NCBI GenBank assembly: GCA_964016885.1
Contig: OZ024742.1
Span: 10,416,001 to 10,480,000 of the forward strand
Reading direction: 5' to 3'
DNA: 64,000 nucleotides
Source of the DNA: Eledone cirrhosa
Taxonomy: Eukaryota
In this document: piece after piece, positions 41,620 to 54,777 of the stretch
Layout of the letters: each line of letters begins with the position of its first letter
Position numbering within the stretch: position 1 is the first letter of the stretch
Position numbers and translations under genes: made by a program
The notes under the pieces: generated by a model
What the model was told of the DNA's origin: nothing
The model's database searches: none
What the model saw: only the letters and a program-made list of their open reading frames with translations

Positions 41620-42152
41620 TATATATATATAACCAGTCAATTAACACAATCAGATATACACACACATATTTACAGGATGTTTCCAAAAAAGAACTTTGTT
41701 CCGTGAAGAAACACAACTGTTGCTATCTTCACTACCAGCTCTCTATTAACAGGAACTCATACTCCAGCCAAATTTTGAGCAAAATGGAAGAAAACTTACA
41801 CCAACATTTGATTTTAATTTCAAATCTTTAATTTTTAGTTTTTAACTCCTATTAATTCTTTTAAATTTTTATTTCAATACTTAACATTTGATAAGAAGAA
41901 TTTTAATAATACATCGAAACTAGTAATACTTCATATACTTTATATACATTATATACATTATAAACCTTTTAAAAAAAGAATTGTCCCTCTCATGTTTTCA
42001 ATAATGTCATATTTTCAATAATGTCACTTTGACGAATCAAAGAAAGGATAAAAAAAGAAAAATTGACCCTTAAATATATTTTCCGTGGTATTTACAACTT
42101 CACCTTTTCTCTATATCCACTGTTTTGTATAGAACCTTACTTCCCTTTTCTA

Positions 42153-42214
<62 letters not shown>

Positions 42215-42218
<4 letters not shown>

Positions 42219-44330
42219 AAGATGAATATAAAATGAAAGTGCTTTTTTTTAAAAAAGGAATTTATTAGGTATTGACATATGTTTCGGTAACAGACGGAAT
42301 ACCTATGTATCGCTGCTTGCGTAATCATATAATGTTAGCAAGTATTCGATAGCAAATGTATAATCAGTTGTCACTTCTTCAGAGATATTGGATAAATTGG
42401 GAAAAATCAGAAAAATTGAAGTATTTATATTAGTTGTAATAAAGGAAGAGAGAGGGGATAGTATATGACAGATGGCAATTCAATTTAGTGGTAAACAAGT
42501 ATATAAAGCGTTTCTAATGAGAATACAATGAGTATATGGTTTATTTTATCTACATAAGAATTTTTGGGAGTGCCTATTTTAATCTATACTTGACCAATTG
42601 AACAATGGACAGGGCTGGTCGTTTGGTGTAGTAGTATTAATTATAAAGTGTCAATTAAGGAAGAGGGAGATTTTCACTCCTACTGAATAACAACAATGCT
42701 GGTAGCCTGCTGGTATATGCAGTTTATATTAAATGGTAAAGAATAGAAGAGTTGATAGAATTAAGATTAATAGAGAATGTTAATATGTATTTTGACAATC
42801 AAACGGAGATGGAGACATGCGTTCAATCCTGGTAGCGTTTGCAATATGAAAATGTAGATGTTAAGCGATGGTTACAGTATAACGATCGCTCTATTCTGTT
42901 ATTTAATAAAATATTTTTCGATTTCATAATACAAAATAATTCCATATTACACAATTTACAAAATTCCTGTCCGTGGAAATATGGAGGGGGCAGTCGCTAT
43001 TATATCCCATTTTAGGTTAAATTGTTGGTTATTTTCGTGCAGCTGCCAAGCCTTGTCTGCGAGTGTTGTTACATAACGCTGGTTTTCATGTTTTATCGAG
43101 TAACGATGTCTATAAAGGCGAGATTTGAAGGAGGTGGCTGTAGACCCCACATAGTACCACTTCTGTCTATCCGATTCGATAGTACATTTGTATATGATGT
43201 TGCGTTCAAGACACTGATTGTTCAACGGACACATTCCTGGTTGGACACAGTTACAGTTATAATTTTGCGTTGTTGTATTGGCATGGATGGGTTGATGAGG
43301 TTGCTTAGGTAGGACGGGATGTTGTTTGTTGTTTTGTGATGTTATAGCCGATGTTTTACGTGTATTGTTATGTGTTGGAAGGCGTTTATACAACCGTTTT
43401 GCGTTAAGCTTTTTTATATGTTGTTCAATATTAGGGGCGGTTGAATATGAAAGTCGAATAGTGTTAGGGTTTAAGATTTTATTATATTTATGTGATGTTG
43501 GAAAGTGTTTTTTAACTAATCGAAAGAATTGTGAGGGTAGATTGGTTTTAATAGAGTTGTTATAGACCGGGTTGTACCATATATACTCTTTACATCGCCT
43601 TCTGTTTGGTGGTGTGCGACTATTAGTGTGTCTATTGCGGTAGTGTATGTATGGTGGTGATTCTATGCTATTTCTACCTCTATGAGATTTATTTTGGGTG
43701 TTTGGGTGATCGTCGACTATATACTCTATATTATCTAGGTGTCCAGCCTTCCTAAGTGCATCATCATAATATTCGGCATGTTCTTTGAAGGTTTGCTGGT
43801 TGGATGACAGACGGGATATTCTAAGGGAAATATTTCTAGGGATGGATTTAATTATAGAGGGTTAGAACTCGTATTTACATATTTAAGGTTCTCATTTAGT
43901 TTATGGAACGGTTTAATCGTTTCTGTATTGAGATTCAAAGTAACATCAAGGAAATTAACCTCTTTGAGGTTATATTCAAACGTAATATTTAATCCTAGTT
44001 CCTTAAAAAGCTTTCTGATATTTTTACGCATCCTTTCTAAATTCTGGTTATTCATATGCTTAACTAATAGGAGCGCATCATCACGGTAGATTCCACCGTG
44101 GAGATCCTTGAATTTTCCTTGTAGTCTGTGGGTGATATAAATTCCCACAAGATCAGTTACTTCCGCCGAATCATTGGAACCCATAGTAATATCAAAATTA
44201 GAAGGTCTATCTTTGCGAACCCAGTAGCTATCATCAAATTTAACAATAGTTTTCCTCGCTTCCATAATAATTTTAATTTCAGCATCCGTAAGGTATATAT
44301 GTTCATCGATTTCAGGGACTTGACTCCTTC
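42215..44330 (-). mobile_element. Penelope-like element (Naiad-like): RT, GIY-YIG endonuclease and 3' UTR; frameshifted, 5'-truncated
   Basis: ITMGSNDSAEVTDLVG, IYRDD, NFLDVTL; CNCx5C linker; IIYK...YYVGST..FKSR GIY-YIG motif. Confidence 0.88.
42270..42387 (-). ncRNA. Hammerhead motif in the PLE 3' UTR (long stem II)
   Basis: Minus strand: CTGAAGA-agtgaca...tgttacc-GAAAC-atat-GTC; palindromic stem III, weak stem I. Confidence 0.55.
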
Positions 44331-44909
44331 TTGACTCCTTCTTCCTCCCGTTTGACCTGTGCAAAATTCTTTCCTTACTCACATTTCGACCAGGTTTGAT
44401 GGTCTTTATTCTCTCTCGTCCACGATTTCACAGAACTTTTCATTGCTTTACCATCTTTGTTTGTTTACTGTCTCACTCGTTCCCCCTATTTACGTGTCCC
44501 AACGACTTTCTTTAGCCGTTGCTCGCACCAACCAGAGGTATATGGTCTTTAAAGCGATGCAATACCAATGAAGGTTGGAAGATCACTAATGAAGGACTAA
44601 ATTTATTCATATGTAACCCATTTGCAACCACGCAGCACGCCATTTTTTCATATTTTTCATATATATATATACACACACACACACCATGTAAATGTTCCCT
44701 AACACTTCACTTTTCCTTGCCATATACCTCTGTTAAATGGCAGACAGGGGAGAGGTTTATGTTCAATGATGGTGAAATTTCTGTTGTTGTTACTGTTGTC
44801 ATCGTTATTAGATATGTTGTTGTCTCATTACTGTTCAACCTCCTCGCAGGGCAGACACATTCTCTGCAGTCATGTCATAGATAAATTATAGGACATTTAT
44901 TAACGGAGA

Positions 44910-45700
44910 AGTGGCTGGTATTGGTGGTGGTGGTGGTATTGGTGGTAGTGGTTGTGGTATTGGTGGTTGTGGTATTGGTGATATTGGTTGTGGTATTGGT
45001 GGTTGTGGTATTGGAGGTGGTAGTTGTTGTGGTGGTAGTGTTGTGCTGGTGGTTGTAGTGGTGGAAGTGTAGTGTTATGGTGGTATTTGTAGTGGTGGTA
45101 GTGTAGTGTTATGGTGGTGGGCGTAGTGGTTGGTGATAGTGTAGTATTATGGTGGTGGTGGTGGTGGTGGTATTGGTGGTAGTGGTTGTGGTATTGGTGG
45201 TGGTGGTTGTGGTATTGGTGATATTGGTTGTGGTATTGGTGGTGGTGGTTGTGGTTGTGGTATTGGAGGTGGTAGTTGTTGTGGTGGTAGTGTTGTGCTG
45301 GTGGTTGTAGTGGTGGAAGTGTAGTGTTATGGTGGTATTTGTAGTGGTGGTAGTGTAGTGTTATGGTGGCGGGCGTAGTGGTTGGTGATAGTGTAGTATT
45401 ATGGTAGTGGTGGTGGTGGTGGTGGTATTGGTGGTGGTGGTTGTGGTATTGGTGATATTGGTTGTGGTATTGGTGGTGGTGGTTGTGATTGTGGTATTGG
45501 AGGTGGTAGTTGTTGTGGTGGTAGTGTTGTGGTGGTGGTTGTAGTGGTGGAAGTGTAGTATTATGGTAGTGGTGGTGGTGGTGGTATTACCGGTAGTGGT
45601 GATATTGGTGGTAGTTGTAGTGGTGATAGTGTAGTATTATGGTAGTCGTGGTGGTGGTGGTATTACCGGTAGTGGTGATATTGATGGTTGGTGTGGTAGT
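44910..45700. repeat. (GGT/GTA)n low-complexity tract with ~250-bp higher-order duplication
   Basis: Direct reading. Confidence 0.85.
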
Positions 45701-47370
45701 GGGGATATTGTCTGTGGGAGGTTGGAGGGGAGTAGGAAGAGCAGAGTAATTCTAGGTGCAGCTGGTTGTGTGAGGTAGGCTGACATCTTATATAGCATGT
45801 CCCCAAGGTCACACAGCTGGTGACCTTTGTATTATCTAATGGAGCTCTAAGGAGGAGTTGTAAAAACACAGGCAGGTCTGGAGAGGTAGAGAGAGAGAAA
45901 TAGGAAGAGATGGAGAGGTAGAGAGAGAGAGAGAAATAGGAAGAGATGGAGAGGTAGAGATAGAGAGGTAGAGAGAGAGAGAGAGAGAGAGAGATAGGAA
46001 GAGATGGAGAGGCAGTGAGAGAGAGAAGAGGTAGATAGTTGAAAGAAAGAGAATAATTGAGAGGCAGAGAGCAAGAGAATAGAGAGAGGGGATGAGAGTG
46101 TGTGTGAGTTAGAGAAAGAGGGGGGGAGAGTGTGTGTATATGAAAGAGAGGGAGGGGATTCTCCTCAAATTAATTATAGGGTAGCAGAGAAAGTAAATTA
46201 TTATGAGGATAGGAGGGAGGGAGAGAGAGAGAGAGAGAGAAAGTAGAGAGGAGTGGGTGTGATAGTTATAGAGAGATAGTTATAGAGAGGGATAGACTGA
46301 TAGATAGAGGGATGGATAGATGGATAGTTAGATATACAGACATACAGACAGACAGGCAGATAGACTGATAGAGTGATATACATCATGTTAGCTATTTAGA
46401 TTGGTAGTAACTAGACAGAGAGAGACATATGAAGAAATAGATAAATATATATCATCACCACCACCTCCAACATCATCACCACCATCACCATCACCACCAC
46501 CATCACCATCATCATGTGTTGGCTCACCCTACTAGGAATGGTTGGACAGGTTGTCATATAATCAGAGCCAATGACCCTATATTGTTGGCAGACTTAAAAT
46601 ACCTAGAAATAATTCATACCTGAGATTACCTATAATTAAAGGTGTGCCATGACAAGTATTGCATTTTTTTTCTGATTTATTCTCTTCTGGTTCTGTTTAT
46701 CAGACACACTTCATCATCACCATCACCATTCCCAGCCCCACCATCACCACCATCACCAGCCCCACCATCACCACCATCATCACCATCCCCAGCCCCACCA
46801 TCACTATCATCAGCGGGATCAGCCCCACCATCATCACCATCACCACCATCACCATCTTTGGAATAATGTTACTAGATAGGGTGTATAGCTCTCCAATCAG
46901 AGAGTCACTCAAGGTAGAGCTGCACTTAAGGTAGAGCTGCTACTTCTCCAAATTAAGAGATCATGGCTCATATTTTATAGACATGTGGTTAGAATGTCTA
47001 AGGAAAGAATCTCTGGACAGATTTTCTGATCAAAACCAACTGGTGGGAGACCCAAGGGTAGACAGCATCAAGATGGCTGGTTAATATCAATGAACTCGGC
47101 TGGTCTTGATTGGGGATCCAGCGAGATCAGTTGGAGATGGTTGCTTCTGACAGGACCACCTGCTGGAAGGAGTGTTTGAGGACTCTGCTTCCACGTCCTT
47201 CCTAGGAATAAGTGGACAAAGAAGACTTTCTTTTTTTAAGGTGATGTGGTTTGATTTGAGGATTATTTCATTGCTATTTCTAGCAGGTCAAGCTATCATA
47301 TAGGTGTTTCCTCATTGACTAGTGTGTGTGGGGTGTATATTCAATGCTATTTCTTATGTGTATATATATA

Positions 47371-47781
47371 TAATATTAATTCAAAATATTAATAAATGTA
47401 GACATACACGTAATCAAAATATATTTTTTATTATATATATTTTGGAGGTACTGTGCTGTTTTTTCAGTACATCCTCATCAGATAAAATATATAAATTGAT
47501 GTATGACATACCTCAACTGTGCTGATGGTTCAATTCCAGTTTTGCCAAAACTGGAATTGAACCATCAATTTATATATTTTATCTGATGAGGATGTACTGA
47601 AAAAACAGCACAGTACCTCCAAAATATATATAATAAAAAATATATTTTGATTACATGTATGTCTACATTTATTAATATTTTGAATTAATATTAATAACTC
47701 CAGAAAACTAACTGTTGAGTGCTTCTAATCTATTGTAAAACTATATTCATTGATTAATCAATGAACCTTGTTTAACTTTGG

Positions 47782-47783
<2 letters not shown>
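47371..47783 (+). mobile_element. Fold-back pLTR-like element with hammerhead and ACTC..GAGT tail
   Basis: Inverted repeat 47371-47693 centred near 47544; tail ataACTCcagaaaactaactgttGAGTgct; TA flanks. Confidence 0.75.
47577..47638 (+). ncRNA. Type I hammerhead with G12A mutation
   Basis: ttttat-CTGATGA-ggatgtactg..cagtacctcc-aAAA-tatata-TA-ataaaa; stems I, II and III all pair. Confidence 0.7.
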
Positions 47784-47829
<46 letters not shown>

Positions 47830-48619
47830 ATACCCACACACATACATATACATACAAGCATACACACACATATACATACACATATACTCACATACATATA
47901 GTGGAGAATGTGACCAGGAATTCTAAATTGTATACACATATGTATAAATTCAATAGACCCTCCCCCCTCATGTATGTATATATATATATATATATATATA
48001 TTGAATTTTCATTGAAAAATTTGGTCTATAATATAGACTAGTTTTTTTTTTTATCAACAATGCTTGCAAGTCAACATGTAGGAATTCTTTGAGGAGAAAA
48101 ATCAATAAAAATACCATTTACTGACATTAATTTAACCACAAAGATATAGCTGACATCTCACTAATAAATGGTCCAAAAACATATTTGCATACAATTTAGA
48201 ATTTTTGGTCACATTCGCCACTATCTATATGTGTGTGTGTGTATATGTATGTGTGTGTGTGTGTATATGTATGAATAAATGTATAAATGAATATATGAAT
48301 ATATGTATGTATGTATATATGTGTTAAATCACTAGGAGTGAAGGACCCCTAGCTTTTGTCAGGGCATTCTTCTAGGAGAAGGCAACTCAGGAAGCAGATA
48401 ACTCTGATATAAAACCTGCGGCTCAGTAGTTACCGATGTTGATCTTTTCTTCTTTTCGGGTTATAGCTACTGTCGCTCAGAGAGTGGGATTGACTCAGTG
48501 CACAGTCTTTCCTCACTTAAAAAAAAATCTGCATTGCACGATAGAATTAATAATTGTTAGTAATGTTATATTGTGCAATGGCCATACTCGATAACGAGGA
48601 GGCAGCCATCATGTGTGTA

Positions 48620-48890
48620 TATATGTATGTGCGTATGAACCTCTAACGAACTAATTTGGCCTCTTCTCCTTTCCATGCCTGGGAGGGTCTTGGGGGCAGA
48701 GTCCTCAGACATCCTGTGGGTCGTACTGGAAGCAACCATCTCCAGGTGTTCCAGCTGAGTTCCCAACTGAGATTATGGATGTCATCTAACCATCTTCCTT
48801 GCGATCAGTTTCTGGGTCTCTTGCAGGTTGGCTTTGCCCATAAAATCTGTCCTGTGATTCTTTCCTCGGAAGAGTATCTAGATGTAACAA
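48620..48890 (-). mobile_element. Old RTE-like LINE 3' remnant (related copy at 47040-47220 on plus)
   Basis: Shared ggagatggttgcttc...aggactctgc sequence between the two loci. Confidence 0.5.
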
Positions 48891-49941
48891 AACACACCCT
48901 GTAAGGTGGTTGAGTTGGTGGTACGACAAAAGGCACCCAGTCGCTCTGTGGAGTGGTCAGGCTGGTAGTACGACATGACAATAAACACCCAGCCTATCCT
49001 GTAAAGTGGTTGTGATGGCGACATTACAAAAGCACCTAGCCCAACCTATGAAGTGGTCGTGTTAGTGATATAACAAAACGTACCCAATCTACACTGTAAA
49101 GTGGTAGTTTTGGTGACGTGACAAAAGTGCACAATTCACACTGTAAAGTGATAGTTTTGGTGACACTTCAAAAAGCACCCAGTCCACATTGGAAAATTGT
49201 CATTTTGGCAGCACGATAAAAGGCACCCAGTTCAAGCTGTAAAAATAGTTGGCATTATGAAGGGCATCCATATAGAAACGAATACAGAAACAGTTCTGTA
49301 TAAGAACACAGTCACCTAATCTAACTTGTCTTATAATGGGACCACTTGTCTAACCCATGTTATCATGAATCAATGGACATTAAACAGTAATGATGATGAT
49401 TATCATTGAGTTACATATTAAATTCCAAGTGAAATCCTTAAACGTACTTCACCAAAATCCTTCTTTTAAGCTACTTTACCATTATACTTCACAGCGTGTT
49501 CATCTTAAAGGAGTCAGATAATATTTCCACAGGATTATACTTACTTCTTTACTATTTGTTATCTTAATGTCAAAACAGTGTTTTCTTTTATCGTTCCCCT
49601 CTGGTGGTGCCAAGGTGTTGTTGAATTTGGAAATATTCCAAACAAGGGAGACATTAGGATTTTTTTTATTTGATATTTTTTTTTTGCAACAAAAATGATT
49701 GACAGGTCTAATAAGTTGATAGTTCAGTTGTACTTTTAAATATTTGGACTAAATGGGGTCTGTTAAGGATACATTGACAAATGTTAACTCATGATGGAGA
49801 CTAACAGATGATTCTTATGTGGGGTGGTGTTAAGATGTGTGGCTTAGTGGTTAGGCTGTTGGGTTCACAATCTTAAGGTCATTTGTTCAATTCTCATATT
49901 TGACAACAATCTTTTCTTTTATTTTCTTCTTGTTGAAAGTA

Positions 49942-50590
49942 GTACTGTAGCCCACACCACATCTAGACACCTCTACATTACTATACTGTAGCCCACACCA
50001 CACCTAGACACTTCTACACTACTATACTGTAGCCCACAGCACACCTAGACACCTCTACATTACTATACTGTAGCCCACACCACACCTAGACACTTCTACA
50101 CTACTATACTGTAGCCCACACCACACCTAGACAACTCTACATTACTATACTGTAACCCACACCACACCTAGACACCTCTACACTACTATACTATAGCCCA
50201 CACCACAGCTAGACACCTCTACACTACTGTACTGTAGCCCACACCACACCTAGACACCTCTACACTACTATACTGTAGCCCACATCAAACCTAGACACCT
50301 CTACACTACTGTATTGTAGCCCAAACAACATCACACCACCCCTACACTACTATAATGTATCCCACACCACACATAGACACCCCTACACTACTATACTGTA
50401 GCCCACACCACACCACACCACACCACACCAAGGCACCCCTACACTACTGTACTGTAGCCCACACCACACCTAGACACCCCTACACTACTGTACTGTAGCC
50501 CACATCACACCTAGTCACCTCTACACTACTATACTGTAGCCCACACCACATCTAGACACCCCCTACACTATACTGTAGCACACACCACAC
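49942..50590. repeat. ~41-bp minisatellite
   Basis: Unit tactgtagcccacaccacacctagacacctctacactacta. Confidence 0.9.
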
Positions 50591-50928
50591 CATACCACCG
50601 CTACACCATACCATCACAGTAACTGTACAGTAGCAGCAGTGTTGTAATAAAAGACTTCATTAAACATATATTCCATCAATCATTAGCTCCAATAATTAGC
50701 TCCAATAATTAGCTTCTATCATTGATTGAGAAATCAATAGATTTATCATGTTTACAATTTTATACTGTTTTACTGAATATTAAAATATATACATATATAT
50801 ATATATATATACACCCATATATATATATACACACTCACACACATATCTAATATATATATATATGTATATATATATATATGTATGTATATATATATGTATA
50901 TATATATATATGTATGTATATATATATG

Positions 50929-50975
<47 letters not shown>

Positions 50976-51078
50976 GTATATATATGTATATATATATATA
51001 TGTATATATATGTATATATATATATATGTATGTATATATATATGTATATATATATACATGTATATATATATATATACA

Positions 51079-51111
<33 letters not shown>

Positions 51112-51145
51112 ATATATGTATATGTATATATATATATGTATATGT

Positions 51146-51177
<32 letters not shown>

Positions 51178-51339
51178 GTATATGTATATATATATGTATA
51201 TATATATATATGTATATGTATATATATATGTATATATATATATGTATATGTATATATATATGTATATATATATATATGTATATGTATATATATATGTATA
51301 TATATATATATGTATATGTATATATATATGTATATATAT

Positions 51340-51397
<58 letters not shown>

Positions 51398-51588
51398 GTG
51401 TGTATATATATATGTGTGTATATATATATATGTATATATATATGTGTGTATATATATATATGTATATATATATATGTGTATATATATATATGTGTGTGTA
51501 TATATATATATGTGTGTATATATATATATATGTGTATATATATATGTATATATATATATATGTGTATATATATATATATATATGTGTG

Positions 51589-51619
<31 letters not shown>

Positions 51620-51685
51620 GTATATATATATAATATATATGTATATACATATATATATATGTATATATATATGTATATATATATG

Positions 51686-51734
<49 letters not shown>

Positions 51735-52093
51735 GTATATACATATATATATGTATATACATATATATATATGTATATATATATATATGTATATACAACA
51801 CTGACCTAAGAGAAGTATAAATAAATAAGTAAATTAAATTAAATAAAATAAGATAAATAAATACATACACAAGCACATAAACACACACTAGTCACCCAGC
51901 AGACACAACACTATACACACTAGTCACACATCACACATAACACTATACACACACGCAAACGCATGCGCAAAGAAGACAAAATAAAATAAGATAAACAAAC
52001 AAGCAAATAAATAAATAAATAAATATATAGACAGACTGAACAAAAAAATGGCGTAGACATACAACACAACAGGAGGAACAATGAATATAACAC

Positions 52094-52131
52094 CACTGAC
52101 GATGTTGCAGATGTGCAACGAAAGATTTATG
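52094..52131 (+). ncRNA. Minimal type I hammerhead in a ~530-bp unique insert between TA tracts
   Basis: ca-CTGACGA-t-gttgca-gatg-tgcaac-GAAA-gat-TTA-tg; perfect 6-bp stem II. Confidence 0.65.
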
Positions 52132-52349
52132 TAAACTATATATATATGTGTTTGTCTATATTGTATCTGTATTATTTTTGACCGCCGGTCAGTCAATGGC
52201 AACATTGAGGACCGAGTAAGTTAGATCGCAGATATATATATATAAAAGACAGCGAGAAGCGAAAACCAACCAAACAGTGAGTGTGTTCTGTTATTAATTC
52301 TGGCAATATTACGCAAATATGACCCTCCCCAAATATATATATATATATA

Positions 52350-52394
<45 letters not shown>

Positions 52395-52467
52395 GTATAT
52401 GTATGTATGTATGTATATGTATGTATGTATGTATATATATGTATGTATGTATATATATATATGTATG

Positions 52468-52518
<51 letters not shown>

Positions 52519-52709
52519 ATATGTATGTATATATATATGTATATATATATGTATATATATATGTATGTATATATATATGTATGTATATATATATGTATAT
52601 ATATATGTATATATATATGTATGTATATATATATGTATATATATATGTATATATATATGTATGTATATATATATGTATATATATATGTATGTATATATAT
52701 ATGTATATA

Positions 52710-52754
<45 letters not shown>

Positions 52755-52951
52755 GTATGTATATATATATGTATATATATATGTATGTATATATATATGT
52801 ATATATATATGTATGTATATATATATGTATATATATATGTATGTATATATATATATATGTATGTATATATATATATATGTATGTATATATATATGTATGT
52901 ATATATATATGTATGTATATATATATGTATGTATATATATATATATATACA

Positions 52952-53666
52952 TATGCAGTAGATGTACAGGTAAATTAGACAGTAGAAGTCGCACTGATAG
53001 ACACATTTTTCAAATGCGAGAGGGCGCTATAGAAGTGGTGGATAGCTTCCGGTACCTAGGAGATCAGATTAGCATGGGAGGAGGGTGTTCCGAGGCCATA
53101 GTATCTAGAATAAGGACGGGTTGGAAGAAGTTTAGGGAGCTGCTTCCTCTGTTGACAAAGAAGGGTTTCTCCCTGCGTACGAAAGGCCGGTTGTATGATG
53201 CCTGTGTGAGGAGCGCGATGCTGCATGGTAGTGAGACATGGGCAGCTACCGCAGAAGATATGCGGCGGCTGGAGAGAAATGAGGCAAGCATGCTCCGTTG
53301 GATGTGCAGTGTCAATGTGCGTGAACGACCCAGCATAAATGTGTTGAGAGAGAAACTGTGTTTGAGAGGGATAGAATGTAGTGTGCGGGAGAAGAGACTG
53401 AGGTGGTATTGACATGTGATGCGCATGGAGGATGACCGATGGGTGAAGAAGTGCCAGGAAATGCCAGTTGAAGGAAGACGTGGTAGAGGTAGACCACGAA
53501 AAACATGGGCGGAGGTGGTGAGAACAGACCTCAGATCATTGAAGCTCACGGTGGAGATGACGAGGGACCGTGACGAGTGGAGAGATGCTGTGCTGAATAA
53601 GACCCGTCCCACCCTTGCAAGCAGGGAAAAGCGGACGTAAAATGATGATGATGATGATGATGATGA
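52952..53666 (+). mobile_element. 5'-truncated RTE family B
   Basis: CSRC...FRYLG...RLRWY*HVMRM...[13 protein letters not shown], (GAT)n tail. Confidence 0.92.
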
Positions 53667-53791
<125 letters not shown>

Positions 53792-53914
53792 ATATATATA
53801 TGTATGTATGTATATATATATATGTATATATGTATGTATATATATATATGTATATATGTATGTATATATATATATGTATATATGTATGTATATATATATA
53901 TATATGTATATATG

Positions 53915-53946
<32 letters not shown>

Positions 53947-54054
53947 TATATATATATATGTATGTATGTATATATATATATATGTATGTATATATATATA
54001 TATGTATATATATATGTATATATATATATATATATGTATATGTATGTATATATG

Positions 54055-54103
<49 letters not shown>

Positions 54104-54111
54104 GTATGTAT

Positions 54112-54202
<91 letters not shown>

Positions 54203-54300
54203 TATGTATGTATATATATATGTATATATATATATATGTATGTATATATATATGTATGTATATATATATGTATATATATATATGTATGTATATATATATG

Positions 54301-54357
<57 letters not shown>

Positions 54358-54458
54358 GTATATGTATGTATATATATATGTATATATATATATATGTATG
54401 TATATATATATGTATGTATATATATATGTATATATATATATGTATGTATATATATATG

Positions 54459-54583
<125 letters not shown>

Positions 54584-54742
54584 GAGGAGGTTATAGTTCA
54601 CTTGAAGCATTGTGTAATGAGGTATAAACGTTAGAATATGTGTAATAAGGCCAAGACAATGCAGATATGGACATAGAAAAAGAATGCAATAGTGAGAGAT
54701 ATTGATGAGAATTCGTCTTTCACCTTGAATTTATTTAAATGT

Positions 54743-54777
54743 CCTTAATTTTCGAGATAATATCTCTTCTTCGGAGG
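54743..54777 (-). ncRNA. Minimal hammerhead in PLE pLTR (left arm)
   Basis: Mirror of 56946-56980. Confidence 0.65.

Noticed and set aside
41672-41830. Mariner-like terminus tacaggatgtttccaaaaa
   Set aside because: No matching second TIR or transposase found
42830-43270. Selenocysteine recoding, as reported for some Naiad PLEs
   Set aside because: The conserved Cys positions I could read are TGT codons, not TGA; breaks are frameshifts
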